Source: Aplysia californica (taxonomy: Eukaryota). From it: a stretch of 64,000 bases of DNA. Each line of letters opens with the position of its first letter. Positions within the stretch are counted from its first letter, which is position 1. The DNA is taken from assembly GCF_000002075.1 (NCBI RefSeq), contig NW_004797812.1:231835-295834 (forward strand). The letters are read 5' to 3'. Positions 58,940 through 64,000 of the stretch are shown piece after piece. The notes under the pieces were generated by a model. The model was not told the origin of the DNA and ran no database searches. It was given only the letters and a program-made list of their open reading frames with translations. A program made the position numbers and the translations under genes.

Positions 58940-61900
58940 ACAGACATTTTACAGAATGTATTTATTATATACTATTATCATCTGGCAGTACTTGATCAAA
59001 CAGGCAACTCAAACAGCTGACATAACAATTCATACATTATTACGAGCTGGTAAACCATAGGAAAATGTCTGCAAGAGGTTCGGTTTGGCCTTTGTACATT
59101 TTCTCTTCACAATGCAACAATTCAAAACTAAAAACACCACACTGACACATCACAATGCAGTTTTTCCATACGTTACATTTAAATTTCAAAGCACAACAAT
59201 TTTCAATAAATGTACACCATACTAAGGAACCACTATGCAGCTTTTTGAAACTTTACACAACAATGGATAACAGCCAGACTCTTCCTCTTGCCTACTACAT
59301 GTATAACAACATCACATATTGAGCACAATCTGTGAGAAAAGGCCCAGGCAACGGCCATATTGCACAATTTCATTTCACCTCTGGGGAAACAATACTGCTA
59401 TATGTTAAGATACCATCAGTCTTAGACATCTACATTCTGTGATCAGAACGATACAATAACAGGATGCATTTAATTCAAAGACAGCACACTGTGATTCTGA
59501 AACAAAGAAAACAATAACAAGACTTAACACGAAATAGTTTTACAGCCTCCTGAAAAAAAACCCATTTACCTCTTTAACATATAACAGTATTCGTTCTGAG
59601 TGGTGATATAAAGATAAAGCACCTCATGTGAGCTTAAGACAGGACTGATGTGACAAAAACACAAAATTCACATTGCACCTCTCTTTTTCAACTTGAGTAT
59701 CCACATATATACATATCACATACAAGAACATAACTACTACTTAGACAGCAAAAGTATAGGCAGAGGAAAGTGGACAGAGAGGAAAACGACGGGAAATATG
59801 TCAATAACAAACGGGAAAATTAAAAGTACATTCAGTAATCTATGGTATTGTTTTCTTTAATTGAAAAGAAAGACATTACCTCACAATGAGTACATGGCTC
59901 TAATAAAGCTTGGTCTGCATTGTCCTGATCTTTTCGCTCCTGGTGAAACGTGTCCATTATTTCACCAACTTGCTCTGATCTCCAACAGACTACAAATAAT
60001 GACAGCAACAACGAATTAAGTGTTCCACACATATACTTTTAAGCAATTCTCTCGTCCTTTCCCTATTCCTTCCTTTTTACTATTACCTCTTAGTTGCAGA
60101 TTTCAACATCAGGGAAACCTACTCGAGTCTGATAGGTGTGGAACTCTTAAGCCATCCTCCCAAAATAAATCTAAAGCTATCTTAGTTTTCATCAAACCCC
60201 TGTGGGTGGTTGGAGGCTGACATCTTACTATTTTACCATCCCTCTCTTGCTTTTGCCTGTTCTTTCAGTCTTTTTTCTAGCACCAAAAGACTGCTACTGT
60301 ATTAATGTACTTCTCTTATAACATGAACGTCTCCGTACATTGGCCAATAAATGTGTATCAGTATACATGCTTTTTTTAATTAAAAAAAACAAAAACATTG
60401 AGAAAATACAATTTAGCTGAACACCTATGACTTTAAGAGGAAAAAGAGCGATGCTTCTCAAATAACTGTCTCATGAAATTCAGGATACAAGGTAGCTCTT
60501 CCTCTACGGAATTAATTAAAACCACCCACAACCAGGAGCTTCAGCAATGTGTAGCACATTGACTCAACATTTCACAATATCTGTGCCAATCACCAATAGG
60601 TGTCATCACCCTTCACTGCTCCATATGACCTAGTGGTGACAGATCATGGTGCAAAAAGAGTTAGGTAAGAAATAAAATTTAAAAGGCTAAAAATTTCAAC
60701 ATCTAGGGTATTCACTTCTGACATTACTTTTCTAACCTCTATCTGGAGTCTATTATATACTGAAGACAGGGCTAAGTTATATGGTCATAAATATGGAATC
60801 TGAAGCTATAAAGGAACATATGAATTATAAAAACCATTGATTACAAAATGCATCCATGCACAAGCAAACATACACAATCTCCCTCTTCTTCATTCTTCTC
60901 TTTATCTCTTCCTTGACTTGAATTTCATTCTCCCTCCTTTCTCATCTCTTTCTCTATAATTTCTCCACCACATTTTTACACTAAAACATCTGTTCAAGAC
61001 ATGACTTTTCAAACAAAGCAACAGAAAATAAATAACAACCAACTTAACAACATAGTAAATAACTTCAACAGTCAAATTTGATAACCGCAAAAGGCTGAGA
61101 GGATGCAAAACTACTTCACTGGGGAATTCTGAAGATCTATCTTTGGTAATCAACAAGGGAGTAAGTCTTGCACACATCGACCCCCAAAAAACTAACCAAG
61201 CATCTGACAAAGACACAGTAAAAGACAGAAAAAATCCTCTCTTTGAAATCTGTGTGTCATGTAAGACGATCAGGGAAGGAGGGAGGGGCATCATTCTTAT
61301 CGGCCAACGGATCACAGTACACAGGTGTGTGCTTGTGTTCGCGTGTAAGTGTGTGCGTCTGCTTGTCAATGTCAAGTCTACTGGCACTAATTTAAAAGTC
61401 CTACAAGACATAATGAAAATGCTTCACTATATATGACTTGTAAAGTACAAAGTCTTATGAACTTCAAATAATTTTTGCACATGTGAAGAAACAAGTCATC
61501 AGCAAAAGATGAGCAGAAAGATCAAATGTCCCCCAACATTTTCTTTCATTAAAAAAAAATTGTGTGTTTATCCCTACATAAGATATGAACTGTTAAGAAA
61601 ATCAGGGTAACTTTTGCTTTGTTATCGCTTTCTATTCACTTGGCAGAGAATAATAAAGTATTTTAAAATAAAAAATGGGAAGAAAGAAAATATAGCGGAA
61701 CATGTCCATAAGGAACACCTCATGCAGAGAAGAAATGTGTTCATCTTAGACTAGTGATCCTCTTAGACAGTGTCATGATAATAGATTTTTTTTAATGCAT
61801 AGGGGGGGGAGGGGTTGGAAAAGGTTATTTATATTGGTGGTTGTCTTGGACAGCTGGTCACTAGAGAAGGTTCCACTATACATGTATGACTAACCAGGAC

Positions 61901-64000
61901 AATAGACACTCATTGGTACAACAAAAAAAAAGCAGTGAAGCTCTATTCGAGATTATGTGGTGCTTTCTTGCACTAACTCCAATTTCTAACTTTTTGGGAG
62001 TTTTTGTCACAACTGTCAAGGCTGTCGAAAAATCTTCCCTTAGCACTCAAAATTATTTTGGTTAACGCTTGTCTTCTGTAGAATTTCAGTTTCATTTTCT
62101 ACACATTCATATTTTCGCGACAGCAGTTCTGTGTTTTCATACTGATTTAAATCTTAACCAAATCGGAAAAACTTGAGCAAGTAGATATTTTCGAACACCA
62201 GTGAATCCAAAATTACACCCAAAACATGCCGACATGCTAGTTCACGAAGACATACTATATGTAGTTATCATAACACTAAAGCACTGATTTCATATTATTT
62301 GTAAATACGTACAAACTTAAATAAAAGCACATGATTTCACATTTCTCTTAAAAATGATTTGAAGACTTAATCAAACATTCAACAAAATATGTATAATACA
62401 AGCAAAGGAATGTGATGGTTATGATCAACATGATTAACAGTGGGTCCTTTCCTGTCAGTCAAGTATGCCACTGTTGAGGGTAACATCCTGTAATCTCATT
62501 AGCCAACTATACATAGTTCAGATATACACTTTAAGAGATTTATTTTCATTATTTACGAAAGTATTAAACTAATTAGTAGAAAAATAAATAAGGCAAAAAT
62601 AGTGTCAAAGGAGATTGAAATGAAGAGGGTATGTACGGCAATCAAGATAACACACACATGAGATGAAACAAGCTAGTAGGGGGAGACTGTGCAACTTGGT
62701 CTAGTCTCCTGCTCCCCCCATCCTCCAACAACAATAGTAAAACTGTGGACATGGGCGTCACATTGGCCTTCTTCATCATTGCATACTAATCAAGAACTCG
62801 GCTTCATCTCAGATAAATATTTTTACAAAGCTATGGATGAAACAGTTCACAATTAAACCATGGCATGAAGACACTAGACATGATATTTTTAAAAATTGCA
62901 ATCTAAGTTTCAATGAACACCCCCAACCTCACCATCTTTCCTCAATCCTAAATCAAACCATGCCAAATTACTCTTCTTTCCTTATAAAGCATTACAAAGT
63001 TTGCATACTGTGTCCACACTTACAACAGTACCATTTACAGTCTTCACAACTACTAAATACGTTATGGAACTCTACAAACTGACTCTCATCCTCGACTCAT
63101 TCCTAACACTTGCCCACATCTAAACATTACTCTTGTTCTGGGACAATACTCTCATCCTTGTTCCTTGCGTGACTAAAAAGAAACTAGCCTAAAAAATGAG
63201 CATAAAATCCTTCCATCTCAACAACACATCAAACTTTTCTTCCCTCTGCCTTCCATCCATCAAGTGTGTAAGTGACATGAAAGTCAAGGGTCTTTCCAGT
63301 CCACCTGGTACATTTGTTGGATGCTTTGCTTACTCCCAGTTCTAAGTTCTGTGTAATTATTATCGACTATGACTGTAAATAATCCTAGCTGTTCTATGGT
63401 TCCATCAATACAATTAACATCACATAAAAAGAGGCTGCTTTTACCCATAGTTTGTAAAGGCTATCCCCTGTTGTTTTCGACACTAATTCCCTTCATAAAA
63501 ACAAACTTGATAAAAAAAATTTCTACATATTGGAATCAAGCTCACATTTTTCACACAGAATGCAAAAAGACTATTACTCCATAAACACCAGTACAACTAC
63601 TATCCAATCAACGTATCTCTTTTTAGTTAAATCCCACCCCCTTCAGTGCCATGGCGCCATCCAATCATCTGCTTTAATTAGAAACAAGTTCCCATTTTCT
63701 CCCATACCAAAATAAAACCTATTCAAGAACTTGTATGTCTTCGTTATAGTAGAGGTTTTACGGCGCTCGCAACTATTGTATGTCTTCAACACTAAAATAC
63801 AAACACATGAACATTCATCACACATTTGCATTAAGCATTTGCTCATCCTGTTGTTTATCCTGTTTTATCCCACACAACTCCCAGTATTTTTTCAGTAGCA
63901 TCATTTTATATTTACACACAACCTCCAAATCTCACTTTTTCAGAAAATACTTTCTTCAGCAAGCATACAACAACCCTTCAACTGTCACCGATGTGTGCCC
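58940..64000 (-). other. Probable 3' UTR of a convergent neighbouring gene (CDS outside the window)
   Basis: A/C-rich + strand (T/G-rich minus strand); tttatt 58961-58966 is AATAAA on the minus strand with a U-rich downstream tract. Confidence 0.55.
63743..63775 (-). mobile_element. 33-bp 5'-truncated I/Nimb LINE tail insertion
   Basis: Reverse complement of the tail, flanked by a 12-bp TSD ttgtatgtcttc. Confidence 0.75.

Overview
Eukaryotic invertebrate genomic DNA (AT-rich, spliceosomal GT-AG introns, CORE-type SINEs; plausibly a mollusc, not provable from sequence alone). The window is dominated by one + strand gene, a homodimeric kinesin-2 (KIF17/OSM-3 orthologue). I reconstruct 18 phase-consistent coding exons from ATG 10471 to TGA 50850 (~896 aa; about 10 nt of exon 5 lie in an N gap). 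A long T-rich 3' UTR probably ends near 57185. A convergent gene's 3' UTR enters from the right (~58940-64000), and two candidate exons of a minus-strand gene lie at the far left. Introns and flanks are packed with transposons, many with resolvable ends and target-site duplications (TSDs): a Chapaev relic (CAC..GTG ends, 4-bp TSD, RAG1-like N-terminal motif, asymmetric bipartite ends), two RTE LINEs, I/Nimb LINE pieces, a mariner, piggyBac-type MITEs, and hAT-like elements with 5-, 6-, 6- and 8-bp TSDs. The most notable gene-level oddities are a triplicated splice acceptor whose upstream copies lead into in-frame TAG stops, located just downstream of a ~2.8-kb TE-built inverted repeat, and a frame-preserving cassette exon that begins with a strong 5' splice site (recursive-splicing candidate). 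All alignments and translations were done by eye.
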